Source of the DNA: an uncultured virus (IMG/VR IMGVR_UViG_3300036835_000437)
Lineage: Duplodnaviria; Heunggongvirae; Uroviricota; Caudoviricetes
Direction: 5' to 3' (one strand)
DNA length: 20,000 nucleotides
Virus record (IMG/VR): IMGVR_UViG_3300036835_000437
The position numbers and the translations under genes were made by a program. Position 1 is the first letter of the stretch. Every line of letters starts with the position of its first letter. The notes below the pieces were generated by a model. It saw nothing but the letters and a program-made list of their open reading frames with translations, ran no database searches and was not told where the DNA came from. Positions 1 through 7,484 of this stretch are shown in pieces.

Positions 1-137
1 GAGGTGCTGGGACCAAAGGTGCCCTGGTTGCTCTGTGCGGTCCACAAACCGCAGCCCGTGGTGCTCCATGTCGTGACGTTGTCAGCCAGCGCTGGCGTTG
101 CAGCAAGGATCACGATCGCGGACAGGAGGGCGCGCAT
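1..137 (-). CDS. Secreted/periplasmic hypothetical protein, 5' part only (runs off the window)
   Basis: Not in the ORF track. Manual translation from ATG at 137: MRALLSAIVILAATPALA-DNVTTWSTTGCGLWTAQSNQGTFGPST..., a typical Sec signal peptide with an A-L-A cleavage site, open to base 1. Confidence 0.7.
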   Translation of the reverse strand, partial: MRALLSAIVILAATPALADNVTTWSTTGCGLWTAQSNQGTFGPST

Positions 138-200
138 CGCGATAGGCTAAAGGTGATTCGGGCGTCCTGGCTGTAGCGGCAGGGTCACAGTTCCAGGGAA

Positions 201-235
201 AGCCCCGGCGCCGGGATGACAGGAGCGCCGGGGTT
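201..235 (-). terminator. GC-rich hairpin, possible intrinsic terminator for leftward transcription
   Basis: CCCCGGCGC (203-211) pairs with GCGCCGGGG (225-233). On the - strand it is followed by CTTTCCC, only a weak U-tract. Confidence 0.4.
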
Positions 236-310
236 AGTTGCGTTGCACGGGGAGGGCGGTTCAGTTCCTTCCCGTGATTGCACCATGCGGAGCCCACGAG
301 CCAGGGCATT

Positions 311-544
311 ATGCCGGAAGTATGGATCGCGACGTTCTTCTGCCTGAACATGGCCGATCCAACCTGCGCCCGCCTGGAGGGCGCAGTCGGGAACATGAGC
401 TTCGACCACAGCGAGATGTGCGAGCTGCTCGGCCAGTGGGGGGCAAAGTACTTTCGCGAGAAGCTCCGCATCCCTCTCGCCTACCGCTGCGATCTGGTCG
501 GTGACGTGTACGTGGCGATGCCACGCCCCAAGCGGTTACGCTAA
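311..544 (+). CDS. Small Cys-containing hypothetical protein, possibly exported
   Basis: MPEVWIATFFCLNMADPTC...EMC...YRC: hydrophobic N-terminus plus 4 spaced Cys. Its stop overlaps the stop of the convergent gene at 541-544. Start at ATG 311 preferred over TTG 278. Confidence 0.6.
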   Translation: MPEVWIATFFCLNMADPTCARLEGAVGNMSFDHSEMCELLGQWGAKYFREKLRIPLAYRCDLVGDVYVAMPRPKRLR

Positions 545-789
545 TCCAGCTGCAGCTTGCTGAAGCGCGCCGCCGCCGGATCAGGCGGCTCGGCTGGCTT
601 GGGCGGTGCCGGCTCCGGTAATGCGGGCGTCCTGGACAGGCTCATATACTTGTACAGCTCCGTGTACTGGTTGTAGTGCATCTGCTGCCGGGCGGCTTCT
701 ATGGCACGCTCCATCTGATGCTGCATGTAACTGATCTCGGTGGCCGTCTTCGGCGGGCTCGGCATCCCTGCCCCCTTAAGGCACATCAC
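541..789 (-). CDS. Hypothetical protein
   Basis: GTGATG start overlaps the TGA of the upstream gene (786-788), indicating translational coupling. Last gene of the leftward operon. Confidence 0.6.
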   Translation of the reverse strand: MMCLKGAGMPSPPKTATEISYMQHQMERAIEAARQQMHYNQYTELYKYMSLSRTPALPEPAPPKPAEPPDPAAARFSKLQLD

Positions 790-1142
790 TTGCCATTGTA
801 GCGCTGGAAGCTCTGCAGCAAGTCACTGCTCATGTCCTCCAGGTCTCGCTCCAGCTTCTGGAGGTCATCCCATCGGGCCTTGGCCCTGGCGCGGGCCTCC
901 TCAGCCTCAGCCTCGATCTGCTTGAGCAGGTTCTCAGCGCGGGTGACCTGACGTTTGCCGGCCTCGATGGCGGCGTCGTAGAGCTTGTCGGTCAGCTCCA
1001 CGAAGCGAGGTACCCCCTGGTTGTGGTGCAGCGGGTTGCGCGGCGGCTCGGGTCGCGTCGGCGCCTTGCTGTTCAGGTCCCTCGCCACACCCTTGAGCAC
1101 TGCCTCGATCCGGTTCGTGTCCGTTACCTGCTTCTCGTCCAT
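786..1142 (-). CDS. Hypothetical coiled-coil protein
   Basis: 118 aa with a helical E/A/R-rich C-half. TGAAAGGA Shine-Dalgarno at 1150-1157. Confidence 0.8.
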   Translation of the reverse strand: MDEKQVTDTNRIEAVLKGVARDLNSKAPTRPEPPRNPLHHNQGVPRFVELTDKLYDAAIEAGKRQVTRAENLLKQIEAEAEEARARAKARWDDLQKLERDLEDMSSDLLQSFQRYNGK

Positions 1143-1374
1143 TGTTGTGTCCTTTCACTCGTCTAAGTCTCAAACCATTGAGCGCTTCGCGACCCTCGTC
1201 GGTGATCACCCAGCCATCGGGGACGGCCTGCTTGCGTAGGAAGCCCCGGATCACCAGCGCCCGCCACACCCCATACGGGAAGTTGATCTGCTCGTGGGCG
1301 CGGAACGGTATGTAGTCCACGTCCGCAGCAGCCTGCAGTACAACTGCCTGTCTCCAACTAAGCAGTACGCTCAC
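934..1374 (-). CDS. Hypothetical protein; N-terminal ~70 aa resembles a small winged helix, and the tail overlaps the next gene
   Basis: WRALVIRGFLRK...GWVITDEGREAL resembles the wHTH wing motif (L..+G+ ... +T..G+.+L). The GTG start overlaps the end of the upstream gene. Confidence 0.5.
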   Translation of the reverse strand: MSVLLSWRQAVVLQAAADVDYIPFRAHEQINFPYGVWRALVIRGFLRKQAVPDGWVITDEGREALNGLRLRRVKGHNNGREAGNGHEPDRGSAQGCGEGPEQQGADATRAAAQPAAPQPGGTSLRGADRQALRRRHRGRQTSGHPR

Positions 1375-1810
1375 GCAGCATGGCCTCGATCTCTTCGCGC
1401 AGGTTGGCGCGCGTGATCCCCGGCAGAATCTCTTCGCAGATCACGGTCGTGATCCTGTCCGTCAGAAGGCGGAGCTGCTCATCGCTGATTCGCGTGAGGC
1501 TCTTCGCACGGCTCTCGATCTTGCGTGTGTGCGGGTCGTACACACCCTTCGAGAAACCGACCCGCTTCTTCAGGCTGTCCATCGCATCGTCCTTGTCCAA
1601 GAATAAGTCCGTATTGTCCGCAACCTTGTGAACCAAGCACCACAGATACCGTAATGCCTGGATGTTCTTCTCGCGTCTGAGGGACGCCATCACCTCAGCA
1701 TCCAGGCTGATGACCCGCAGGTCCTCGTCCGCCATCTCGCTGCTCGGGAACAGTCCGACCTCGCCCCGGTACTTAGCCTTGCGTTTGGTCAGGAACGTCT
1801 CGATTGTCAT
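1358..1810 (-). CDS. DUF1367/NinB-like phage recombination-region protein
   Basis: Pattern R.KN...RYLW.LV..VADN ... LK...G ... KSL..ISDEQ...TDR...VI..EILPG, lying directly downstream of ERF. Confidence 0.65.
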   Translation of the reverse strand: MTIETFLTKRKAKYRGEVGLFPSSEMADEDLRVISLDAEVMASLRREKNIQALRYLWCLVHKVADNTDLFLDKDDAMDSLKKRVGFSKGVYDPHTRKIESRAKSLTRISDEQLRLLTDRITTVICEEILPGITRANLREEIEAMLRERTA

Positions 1811-2948
1811 CGGACGGGTTCACCCTCTGCTCAGCGCGCTGGAACTCCGCCAGCAGCATGCTCCAATCGCTGTCATCGAACTCCTGCTCGCGCGGCGATA
1901 CGTTCTGGTTCCAGAACGCTTCGATGGCTTCCAGGCTCTGTAGCTGACCGAGCTGCCCGGCCACCCAGTTCATGAACTCGCCAGCGTCTGCCGGCGCTGC
2001 GCCCCCACTGACCTCGGAGAGATCGTTCAGCCGGCGCGTGACCGCGACCTGGATCGTATCGTAGGTGCCGGGGAAGTTGTCGCTGATGTTCTGCAGGATC
2101 GGTTCGTTGGCAGCATCCCAGGCCTTCACCTCGTCCACTGTCTGCGCCTTGCCGACAGAGCGTATGAAAGCTGACGCCCACTCGTCTGGGCCCTTGCCTG
2201 GGCCAAGCACGATGCGCTGCGGGGTATCCTCACCGACCTGCTTCAGCTCTGCGTCGCGTTCCATGCGCGATGCGGTCGCAGCGGTCGTCGCATCAGGCCG
2301 CTGCGAAGGCCCCGGCACCGGAGCCTTCTCCTGACGTTGATTCGCGTCGTCGTCCACGTCAGGGAAGTCGCCCGCCGGCACCTGGAACAGCGCCAGCAGG
2401 AAGTACTTCCTGGCGTTGGTGTGGCACTTGGCGACCGCCTTCTCGTCCCAGTTCCCCTTGCGGTCCCTGGAGATGCACAGGCCGGTGTAGCGCGGCTTCT
2501 CTGGCCATATCTCGCCAGACGAGTGGAAGATACTGAACTCGTAGGTCACCGCCAGCCGGTTGCCCTCCAGCACCTCCTTGCCGACCTCGTTCTGGATCAC
2601 CGCCAGCCCGACATTGCCCATCAATGGCGTGATCGCATAGAGCAGGTCCTCCATGCGGGCGTAGGCGTAGCCGAAGTACTCGTTCTTGCCCCGCTTCTCG
2701 ATGGTGCCAACCTTGGACATGACGGCGGCGATGGCGCCGGCAATGTGGCCGACCGGGGCGGGGGTCAGCGCGACGATGCGCTGGGCCTGCTCCGTAGACC
2801 GAAGGCCGGCAAGCCCGCCATTGGTGGGCTTGGGCTGAGCCTGCTCGCGCACGGCAACGGCGCGGCCGGCGATGCCGCCTGGGGTGGGCTGGGGTGTCGG
2901 GCCTGGAACCAGGGGTCGGCGTGGGGTGGTGGTCATACGTGACTCCAT
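1773..2948 (-). CDS. erf: ERF-family single-stranded DNA annealing protein
   Basis: ERF motifs IEKRGKN.YFGYAYARMEDL...I.PLM...GL and AKCHTNARKYFLLALFQVPAGDFPDVD. Long C-terminal extension. Start may be 2936 or 2948. Confidence 0.85.
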   Translation of the reverse strand: MESRMTTTPRRPLVPGPTPQPTPGGIAGRAVAVREQAQPKPTNGGLAGLRSTEQAQRIVALTPAPVGHIAGAIAAVMSKVGTIEKRGKNEYFGYAYARMEDLLYAITPLMGNVGLAVIQNEVGKEVLEGNRLAVTYEFSIFHSSGEIWPEKPRYTGLCISRDRKGNWDEKAVAKCHTNARKYFLLALFQVPAGDFPDVDDDANQRQEKAPVPGPSQRPDATTAATASRMERDAELKQVGEDTPQRIVLGPGKGPDEWASAFIRSVGKAQTVDEVKAWDAANEPILQNISDNFPGTYDTIQVAVTRRLNDLSEVSGGAAPADAGEFMNWVAGQLGQLQSLEAIEAFWNQNVSPREQEFDDSDWSMLLAEFQRAEQRVNPSDDNRDVPDQTQG

Positions 2949-3854
2949 CTAAACGGCCTTCGATTCTTCTATTACGGTAACGCCCGGAACGGTGACCCCC
3001 GCCCGCACAGCCCTGTTGGCGAGCATCTGTACGGTGCCGCGCAGGTCCTCGCTGTCCTTGAAGAAGGCTAGAGCCTTCTCGAAGTCATCGATCCGCGCCT
3101 TCTTGGTCGACTTGAGCGTCTGCGCCCGGCCACGGGTGCCGGCACGGGGACGGGGGGCATCAGCTGCAGCTGGCTCGCCCCCCGCCGCCGCTGCCTCGGC
3201 TTCCTGTTTGCGCTTTGCTTCCAGCGCCTGGAGCCAAGGCGTTAGCAGCTTGTACTTGAGGTTCTTGTAGGTCTCGGCGAGGCCGATGATCGTCACCCAC
3301 TTGACCTGAATCCGCTTCAGCTCGTCGTCGTGCGGCTTGCGCTCTTCTTTGCGACCGTCGTCGGCCTTCTTGCACAGCTCGGCGAGGCGATCGGCGAGGT
3401 TCGCAATACGATCAGCCTCGGCCTGATCGGTGATGGGCGGTCCGTCGAGGCGCCTGGAAGCCTCCTCGGCCAGGGGCTCGATGGCATCCCGTAGCCCTTC
3501 GTAGCTCTCGTCGTCCGGCGGGAGATTGTCCCCCATGGCGACCAGCTCGTGCTCGTCTGGCCAGGGCTTGCCGCGCTGGGCGACGTCGCGGTAGGCCTCC
3601 TCGGTCACCGGGTGCTGGCCGCAGCGGGTCCACAGCTCCAGGGCGCGCTCGGGCGCCACGTCCTCGTCACCGATGCGGCAGTGCAGCTGACCATTCTCAC
3701 CCGGCCAGTAGGCGACGGGCCGGAAGGTTCTCCGCGCGCCGTAGTGCTCCTTGCGCGGCTCGCGATAGAACCCGGCCTGGGGATGGCTGGGGCTCATCTC
3801 GACGGGCCTGCCGCTGAGCCGGTCGTGCCAGTATTGCCATTCCCATTCAGCCAT
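2949..3854 (-). CDS. Phage recombination-region protein, 301 aa; C-half coiled coil ending in VPGV (Gp157/Gam-like architecture, tentative)
   Basis: Start reassigned to ATG 3854 (MAEWEWQYW; GGAGG SD upstream). N-terminal PQAGFYR...PVAYW domain, long helix and a ...RAG..VPGV..IEE terminus. Adjacent to erf. Confidence 0.7.
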   Translation of the reverse strand: MAEWEWQYWHDRLSGRPVEMSPSHPQAGFYREPRKEHYGARRTFRPVAYWPGENGQLHCRIGDEDVAPERALELWTRCGQHPVTEEAYRDVAQRGKPWPDEHELVAMGDNLPPDDESYEGLRDAIEPLAEEASRRLDGPPITDQAEADRIANLADRLAELCKKADDGRKEERKPHDDELKRIQVKWVTIIGLAETYKNLKYKLLTPWLQALEAKRKQEAEAAAAGGEPAAADAPRPRAGTRGRAQTLKSTKKARIDDFEKALAFFKDSEDLRGTVQMLANRAVRAGVTVPGVTVIEESKAV

Positions 3855-4110
3855 TGTTCCTCCGCACGATGTTGCGCCAGACCCGCTCCTTGCCAAGGGC
3901 GCGGCCGGCCGCCTCGATAGTCGCGTTCTGCGGGCGCCGGGTGCCGTCCGGCTTGAACCATGAGCGCATGCAGGCGGCAGAGGGACCACCGTTCTTCACG
4001 ATCTGGGAGAGCTTGGTGTCGCCCCGCATCTGCTGCATCTGGTAGATAACCGGGTCCTTGTCGCGGAATGTGTATGCGCCGTAGCCGTGTCCGTTACGCT
4101 TTGCCATCAC
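3847..4110 (-). CDS. XRE/Cro-like HTH DNA-binding protein
   Basis: LSQIVKNGGPSAACMRSWF...TRRPQNATIEAAGRALG is an XRE-type HTH pattern. Coupled to both neighbours. Confidence 0.7.
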   Translation of the reverse strand: MMAKRNGHGYGAYTFRDKDPVIYQMQQMRGDTKLSQIVKNGGPSAACMRSWFKPDGTRRPQNATIEAAGRALGKERVWRNIVRRNNG

Positions 4111-4478
4111 TTGGCTCCTACAACGGTGTAAGTGAACTTGGCTCCCGATCCCTTCCTGCTGCCCTTTGGTCTTCGTCTGGTGATTACCTTGGCTCGCAGT
4201 GCCTTGTTGAGCACGTTCGAATAGGTTCCGCGCGCAAGCCCAACGGTCCTAGTCCAGTCAGCTGCGACCGAGGGGCCAAACTCGGTGATCTTGTTGTCGG
4301 CAAGATACTTCATGAGCATGTCGACACGGTCTCCCGAGGTCTCCGCGCGAATCTTGCCGTTCTTCACTTGGGCGTTCTGCACGGGTTGCGGCGGCTTCAT
4401 CTCGATGACATGCCCGGAGAGCGCCCAGAGCACATAGGAGAGCTTCTTGTCGTCAACGAATATCTCGATGCGGAACAT
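4107..4478 (-). CDS. Hypothetical basic protein, possible C-terminal winged helix
   Basis: ATGAAAGG SD at 4487-4494. Basic helical C-half (GLARGTYSNVLNKALRAKVITR...YTVV). Confidence 0.75.
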   Translation of the reverse strand: MFRIEIFVDDKKLSYVLWALSGHVIEMKPPQPVQNAQVKNGKIRAETSGDRVDMLMKYLADNKITEFGPSVAADWTRTVGLARGTYSNVLNKALRAKVITRRRPKGSRKGSGAKFTYTVVGAK

Positions 4479-4810
4479 CAGTGCATCCTTTCATGTGGTT
4501 CGTGGGGTGAGATCGTCGGCGACGGGAACTCCGCCCGGATGTGCTCGTGCATCTTCTGCAGGCACTCCTCGGTGATCTTGTCTAGCTCGGCGCGCATCTC
4601 CTCGCGCCACTTCTGGGTGACGCGCGGAGAGATCACCCACATAAAGGCGATGCCGGCGTGTACGCCGGAACCAAAGACCCAGATCAGCTGCGCGGAACCC
4701 TCGTTGTAGCCCCACAGCGCAACACCCATGAAGGCAAGGCACATCACTGTGCCGTACGTGACGTTGAACCAGCGGCTGAAGAGCACCTCAAGTGCGCGAT
4801 CTGGTTTCAC
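4478..4810 (-). CDS. Membrane protein, 2 predicted TM helices
   Basis: Hydrophobic segments VTYGTVMCLAFMGVALWGY and LIWVFGSGVHAGIAFMWVI. GTG 4810 (AAGGTGG upstream) or TTG 4828 as start. Confidence 0.7.
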   Translation of the reverse strand: MKPDRALEVLFSRWFNVTYGTVMCLAFMGVALWGYNEGSAQLIWVFGSGVHAGIAFMWVISPRVTQKWREEMRAELDKITEECLQKMHEHIRAEFPSPTISPHEPHERMH

Positions 4811-4934
4811 GGGTTCCCACCTTTGCAAGCGTCACCTTCACCTTCTTGGCTCGCTGTGTGTAGATCGCTTTGCGCACACCCTTGGAGCCGGCGCCCGGCC
4901 ATCGCGCGCTGATGTGTTTGGGAGGGCGCTTCAT
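4788..4934 (-). CDS. Small basic hypothetical protein (48 aa)
   Basis: Below the ORF-track cut-off. MKRPPKHISARWPGAGSKGVRKAIYTQRAKKVKVTLAKVGTRETRSRT. Its ATG overlaps the TGA of the HNH gene (ATGA at 4931-4934) and it fills the gap. Confidence 0.55.
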   Translation of the reverse strand: MKRPPKHISARWPGAGSKGVRKAIYTQRAKKVKVTLAKVGTRETRSRT

Positions 4935-5464
4935 CGCTTCACCACCGTGCCGTCCATCTTCTTGCGGAGGCGCTTGTCGAAACCGCGCGAGAGAATCTTG
5001 CGCCAGGGACGCAGGCCGGCGCGTTTGGCTTCTGCGTCGATGGCCTTCAGGACCACCTTGCCAAGGGGCGTGAGCGTGCGGGCCGGGCGAGGGGCCGCTG
5101 CAGCGTGAGCACCATGCCCAGCATGCCGTTTAGACTCGCCCGACCCTGTCCGCAGCGCAGGTGCGTCCGCTGCGGCATCTGAGAACTTCTTCTCGTTCCA
5201 TGCCCGGATACGCCGGCCTTTAGCGATTACCGTGGCATCTCGCTTCGTCTTCTCCCGATGTGGCTTGATCAGCATCGGGGTGAGGTTCCAGAAGCGATCG
5301 CGATCAGGGTGATTCGTCTCGTGCAGGATGTTGTGGTCAACAGCGTACAGGCTGATAATCTGGTCTTCCGTCATCGACTTTGCATCGCTATACGGGACAT
5401 CACCGAGCTTCAACAGCGCAGCTGCGTACTTCGTCTTCCAGCTGATGTGCTTGCGTTTGGCCAC
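4931..5464 (-). CDS. HNH-like endonuclease without Cys zinc ligands
   Basis: VDHNILH...D.FWNL..MLIKPHREKTKRD...IAK.RRIR and the C-terminal SRGFDKRLRKKMDGTVVKR typical of phage HNH proteins. Start set at GTG 5464 (alternative ATG 5488). Confidence 0.7.
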   Translation of the reverse strand: MAKRKHISWKTKYAAALLKLGDVPYSDAKSMTEDQIISLYAVDHNILHETNHPDRDRFWNLTPMLIKPHREKTKRDATVIAKGRRIRAWNEKKFSDAAADAPALRTGSGESKRHAGHGAHAAAAPRPARTLTPLGKVVLKAIDAEAKRAGLRPWRKILSRGFDKRLRKKMDGTVVKR

Positions 5465-5479
5465 ACCCTGATATACATT
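5451..5479 (+). promoter_or_regulatory. Sigma70-type promoter for the rightward operon, probably leaderless
   Basis: TTGCGT (5451-5456), N17, TACATT (5474-5479), N7, ATG (5487). No SD upstream of the ATG. Confidence 0.6.
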
Positions 5480-5497
5480 GGTAGCCATGAAAGTCAA
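5470..5497 (-). promoter_or_regulatory. Sigma70-type promoter for the leftward recombination operon, probably leaderless
   Basis: TTGACT (5497-5492), N16, TATATC (5475-5470), N5, GTG (5464). Confidence 0.5.
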
Positions 5498-5684
5498 CAA
5501 CGACGCCCCGACTATCCAGGTGTCTTTCCGACTGAACGCTGATCTCGTTGCGCGCATGCGCGAGGTCGCAAGTTCCAAGGATTGGCCACCGCCTCCGTCA
5601 CAAACTGAGATCGTCTCGCGCGGCATCGAGATGGTGCTGGCTAAGCTCAAACCCAAGCGGGGCCGGGCGCGTGTTGCGGCATGA
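5487..5684 (+). CDS. Ribbon-helix-helix (Arc/CopG-like) transcription regulator
   Basis: Alternating beta strand IQVSFRL, helix NADLVARMREVA, then S-x-T/S-E helix SQTEIVSRGIEMVL. First gene of the operon. Confidence 0.75.
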   Translation: MKVNNDAPTIQVSFRLNADLVARMREVASSKDWPPPPSQTEIVSRGIEMVLAKLKPKRGRARVAA

Positions 5685-5905
5685 TGATCCACATCGTGTT
5701 GCTGCAGGGCGTCGCGCCGGTCGAGGCCTGGACCGACAAGCTCTGGGCGATGCGCCGCGCGGCTGAGCTGGGCGGCGGTAATGTGGTGACGCTGGAGCTT
5801 CGCAGTGAGAATACCCCCGAGACCGCCGCCGACAACGCGACAGCGGATGCGGACAGGGAACCCAGGGCGCGACCCGGTGCACGCAAGGGGTCCGCAGCTT
5901 CATGA
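5681..5905 (+). CDS. Hypothetical protein
   Basis: ATGA overlap with the RHH stop. Globular-looking N-terminal 42 aa. Confidence 0.55.
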   Translation: MMIHIVLLQGVAPVEAWTDKLWAMRRAAELGGGNVVTLELRSENTPETAADNATADADREPRARPGARKGSAAS

Positions 5906-6440
5906 GACCCCGCCAGAAGCGACCTGGGCACTCCTGAAGGCTGAGCTGCTGCCGCCCCACATCTGGGAGCCGGCGGCCGGGCGCGGCGCCATCGTGAATG
6001 TCCTGCGGGAAGCCGGGCATACCGTCTTCGCCAGCGATCTTATGGATTACGGTATCGCGCAGGACTCCGGCAGGGACTTCCTGAACGAGCAGCGTGCCCC
6101 CTACAGCTGCGCTGCGATCGTTACCAACCCACCCTTTGGCAACCAGATGGCGGAGCGCTTCGTGCGCAAGGCGATCACCCTGGTGCCGCTGACGGTCATG
6201 CTCCTGCGGCTGGCGTTCCTCGAAGGAACAGGGCGCGACGACATCCTCGACCGGTTGACGCGGGTGCACATCTTCAAGAACCGCCTGCCGATGATGCACC
6301 GCGATGGCTGGGCCGGGCCCAAGTCCACCTCCATGGTCGCGTTCGGCTGGTTCGTCTGGCAGCGCGGCCACCGAGGGGCAACCCGGCTGCATCGCATCAG
6401 ATGGGAGAGGCTCGATGGCACTGCGGCTCGCGCTGCTTAA
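5847..6440 (+). CDS. Phage DNA N6-adenine methyltransferase
   Basis: Motif X (ETPPEAT), SAM-binding motif I (IWEPAAGRG), SDL/DFL, catalytic motif IV (IVTNPPF), LLRLAFLEG and a WFVW terminus. Confidence 0.9.
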   Translation: MRTGNPGRDPVHARGPQLHETPPEATWALLKAELLPPHIWEPAAGRGAIVNVLREAGHTVFASDLMDYGIAQDSGRDFLNEQRAPYSCAAIVTNPPFGNQMAERFVRKAITLVPLTVMLLRLAFLEGTGRDDILDRLTRVHIFKNRLPMMHRDGWAGPKSTSMVAFGWFVWQRGHRGATRLHRIRWERLDGTAARAA

Positions 6441-6651
6441 CACGCAGATTGCTCTGCGGGCGCGCCAGATCGCGCACGAGGCGACCAGGACCTGCAAGGG
6501 CGAGCTGTTGCCCCATGACGACGAGCATCACACGCCGAAGTGCAACAAGCTCAAGCACGAGATCGAGGACCTTGCCCGGCTGGTCAAGCTGGCCACGCAC
6601 CAGGGCGAGGTACGTCGCGAGGCGGAGCCGTTTGCGCTGTCGGCGGAGTAA
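6415..6651 (+). CDS. Hypothetical protein (C/H-rich, possible metal binding)
   Basis: MALRLALL...TCKG...HH..KC..., with GGGAGAGG SD upstream of ATG 6415. Confidence 0.6.
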   Translation: MALRLALLNTQIALRARQIAHEATRTCKGELLPHDDEHHTPKCNKLKHEIEDLARLVKLATHQGEVRREAEPFALSAE

Positions 6652-6662
6652 GAGGGGGCAGG

Positions 6663-7322
6663 ATGGTGACCAGGGAGATGTTTGAGTTGCGTGACTGGGA
6701 GGACGCAGTCAATCGCTGGGGGCACGAGATGTGCCCCAGGTTCAACGAGTACGCCCGCCGGCAAGCGCTCTATGGTGCCGAGAACGACCCCGTCACCCAG
6801 GCGGCCTCGCGCGCGGGGGAGATCGTGGCTTGTCTTGGGCTCGGCCTCGATCCTGATAGGGAGCTGCTCAAAGAGCCCTTGCCTGTCGGCGAAGACAGGC
6901 CGCACTTTGACCTACGGCTCGGTTACCGCCGTGCTGACGTCAAACAGACCATGCTGCATTACCAGTACCTGATCTGGCCACTCACCAAGGTCCTGGACTA
7001 CGCCACGCGGCGGTTTGATCTGCTGATCCTGGCGAAGATCGATTACCGGATAAACGACGAAGCGCGGACCATCCACAGCATCAGGGGGCACCTCTATGGC
7101 TGGATGACCAAGGACAGATTCCAGGAGAAGAAGCGGATCGCCAACGACATGCATCCGCACCTCGATGCCGGCACTTGGTACGTGCAGGACCTGGAGTTGG
7201 GCATCGACTTCTCGCGCTTTGAGGGCGAGCTTGATCTGCAACGACACCGTGGAGGTTATGATGGACGGCGAATGGCAACAGTACCGCAAGGTAGCGATCA
7301 CCGAGATGCGCCCATACGTTGA
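6663..7322 (+). CDS. Putative PD-(D/E)xK (restriction-endonuclease-fold) nuclease
   Basis: AGEIVA helix, then FDL...ADVKQT, FDLLILAKI and LYGWM. GAGGGG SD before ATG 6663. Confidence 0.55.
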   Translation: MVTREMFELRDWEDAVNRWGHEMCPRFNEYARRQALYGAENDPVTQAASRAGEIVACLGLGLDPDRELLKEPLPVGEDRPHFDLRLGYRRADVKQTMLHYQYLIWPLTKVLDYATRRFDLLILAKIDYRINDEARTIHSIRGHLYGWMTKDRFQEKKRIANDMHPHLDAGTWYVQDLELGIDFSRFEGELDLQRHRGGYDGRRMATVPQGSDHRDAPIR

Positions 7323-7484
7323 GGGCGAAGACCTGTCCAAGATCAGCGTGCGGCCCGACTACACACCCAAGCCGGGCGACCTCGTCGCGCACGCGATCCG
7401 GCCAAGCCGGAAGATCAGTGGCTGGTCGCTCAGGAGTTCGCAGAGGCGAACTACGAACAAGTGGAGGAAGACGACGATGCCTAG
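7258..7484 (+). pseudogene. Small conserved phage protein interrupted by an apparent 2-nt insertion near 7387-7391
   Basis: Frame 1 reads MMDGEWQQYRKVAITEMRPYVEGEDLSKISV...PKPGDLVA. The natural continuation RDPAKPEDQWLVAQEFAEANYEQVEEDDDA* is in a shifted frame from 7392 to TAG 7484. Confidence 0.65.
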
